Of a stretch of 21,134 nt of DNA, positions 19,961 to 21,134 are shown piece after piece. A program made the position numbers and the translations under genes. Below the pieces are notes generated by a model, which ran no database searches, was not told the DNA's origin, and saw only the letters and a list, made by a program, of their open reading frames with translations. Each line of letters opens with the position of its first letter. Positions within the stretch are counted from its first letter, which is position 1. This DNA comes from Paraspadella gotoi (taxonomy: Eukaryota > Animalia > Chaetognatha), in assembly GCA_051294375.1 (NCBI GenBank), contig JBJCIZ010000380.1, positions 1 through 21,134 of the forward strand, given 5' to 3'.

Positions 19961-20365
19961 TCGGTTGAGAATTTCATTTTCCTGTTCGTCATTTCCCTTC
20001 ACTCTTATATACGACATAAGCTAAACGTAAATTCCCTCATTTTACCCTAAGTCCTCCTTTCCTTTCCTCCATTGTAAATCTATAATTATGTTTCCGTTTC
20101 CCCCCATTCTCTCAAGGATTGCTCCTCTAATTTTCCATACCATATAATGCCTGACTTCGTCAATCCCAGTCACTTTAACTACACATACCAATCTTGGTGC
20201 GGGACCATTTGGTGACTATCTACATACCTGATCGCTTCCCCAACATTCTACTCCATTACCCTATATCCATGCTTGTTCCCTCTCCATCCTCCTTGTTCTT
20301 CACCTCCCAAGCAACGACTCTTACTCGCTCATGTTATCTACCCCCTCTCTCTTCTTCAGCGAATC

Positions 20366-20884
20366 TCAGTTCGTTGGTTCCAGGCGTAACTCGACGCCAC
20401 AATTACTGTCGCTTTCTGAACCAGGTCTCGGCACCACGGCCGCTGGTGGCCCGGGGCGGCAACCCACGCTTCTGCCGCAGCCGGGCCCTCTGCGTCTCTC
20501 TCTTTCTCCGCCCTCCCGGCTTGAGTCTCCTCCCTGCTCTCCTCTCCTTCCATTTTTCCCCAAGAGAGAAGAGGGCTCAACCACCAAAGCAGCGGGAAAT
20601 GCCATCTCAGTCCTGCGAGTTCGACTAGAACAACGTGTACCAGTTGTCAATTCGACCCTGGATATTTTGTCTTTCTCTGAACCATCCTGGGCGAAAGCGG
20701 CAGCGTCACAGCCGCAGCGATCTGCAGGCCCAGCGTTTGCTAGACGCTGCGCGGCGAAAATCTTCAGGACTCCGGAATCATTAGAATGCCAGCCGTACCC
20801 GGTTCCCACGTCGTCAAAGCCGAGAGAGGTGCAGATAGTATACGTTACGGAAACGAAGAAATCTAGCGCCACCAGTATATTCAC
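20366..20884 (-). CDS. Possible exon or hypothetical protein fragment in a GC-rich, non-repetitive island
   Basis: 172-codon open frame of ordinary composition starting right after a minus-strand TAG| acceptor-like site; GTG start, and the opposite strand is also open; no family recognised. Confidence 0.15.
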   Translation of the reverse strand: MNILVALDFFVSVTYTICTSLGFDDVGTGYGWHSNDSGVLKIFAAQRLANAGPADRCGCDAAAFAQDGSEKDKISRVELTTGTRCSSRTRRTEMAFPAALVVEPSSLLGKNGRRGEQGGDSSREGGERERRRGPGCGRSVGCRPGPPAAVVPRPGSESDSNCGVELRLEPTN

Positions 20885-21134
20885 CTAGACGAAGTCCTTC
20901 AGCAACCGTCCAAACTTTAATGTATTTTATTATTGATTTAATACAAGAAAAAAATTAGCAAATCTGCATCGTGATTCACATCTAGTGCCCCACTGCCCAT
21001 TCACCCACGAAGGCAAAACACATCAAAACACTACCGCACGAGACACAGCCTACCACACTACCTACCTACCTCCACTTCCTCCACCCTCCCACACCGTTTT
21101 GACGAATCGCGCCTCCGCGCGCGCGTTCGTTTTC

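Noticed and set aside
259-20050. Most ORFs in the supplied track (RERERE, SLSLSL, FFFF, KGKRGK, VVVV, SSSS peptides)
   Set aside because: They are translations of stop-poor simple repeats, often with GTG/TTG starts, and show no recognisable domains
1-21134. Prokaryotic or phage system (operon, retron, defence island)
   Set aside because: No gene-dense coding structure or long complex ORFs; SSR content is far above prokaryotic norms

Overview
This is low-complexity, CpG-rich, eukaryote-like DNA. I found no recognisable gene, RNA gene, CRISPR array or autonomous transposon. It is dominated by interrupted (GA)n/(CT)n microsatellites, (GAC)n/(GTC)n tracts, long homopurine/homopyrimidine blocks and degenerate minisatellites. 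Nearly all listed ORFs are translations of these repeats. The best-supported structure is: a ~180 bp foldback (16970-17150); a ~20 bp minisatellite (2866-3320); clusters of eukaryotic TF-site matches (RFX X-box trio plus E-box at 12694-12777, CRE plus double E-box at 7804-7841, a 14 bp E-box palindrome at 14794); a three-copy dispersed AT-rich element (5729, 13223, 13911); and a few exon-like islands (14092-14331, 15474-15620, 17656-17835, 20366-20884). Repeat copies often differ by 1-nt indels and short noisy self-copies recur, so the window may be error-rich long-read or model-generated sequence. I cannot support a novel biological system from the sequence alone.
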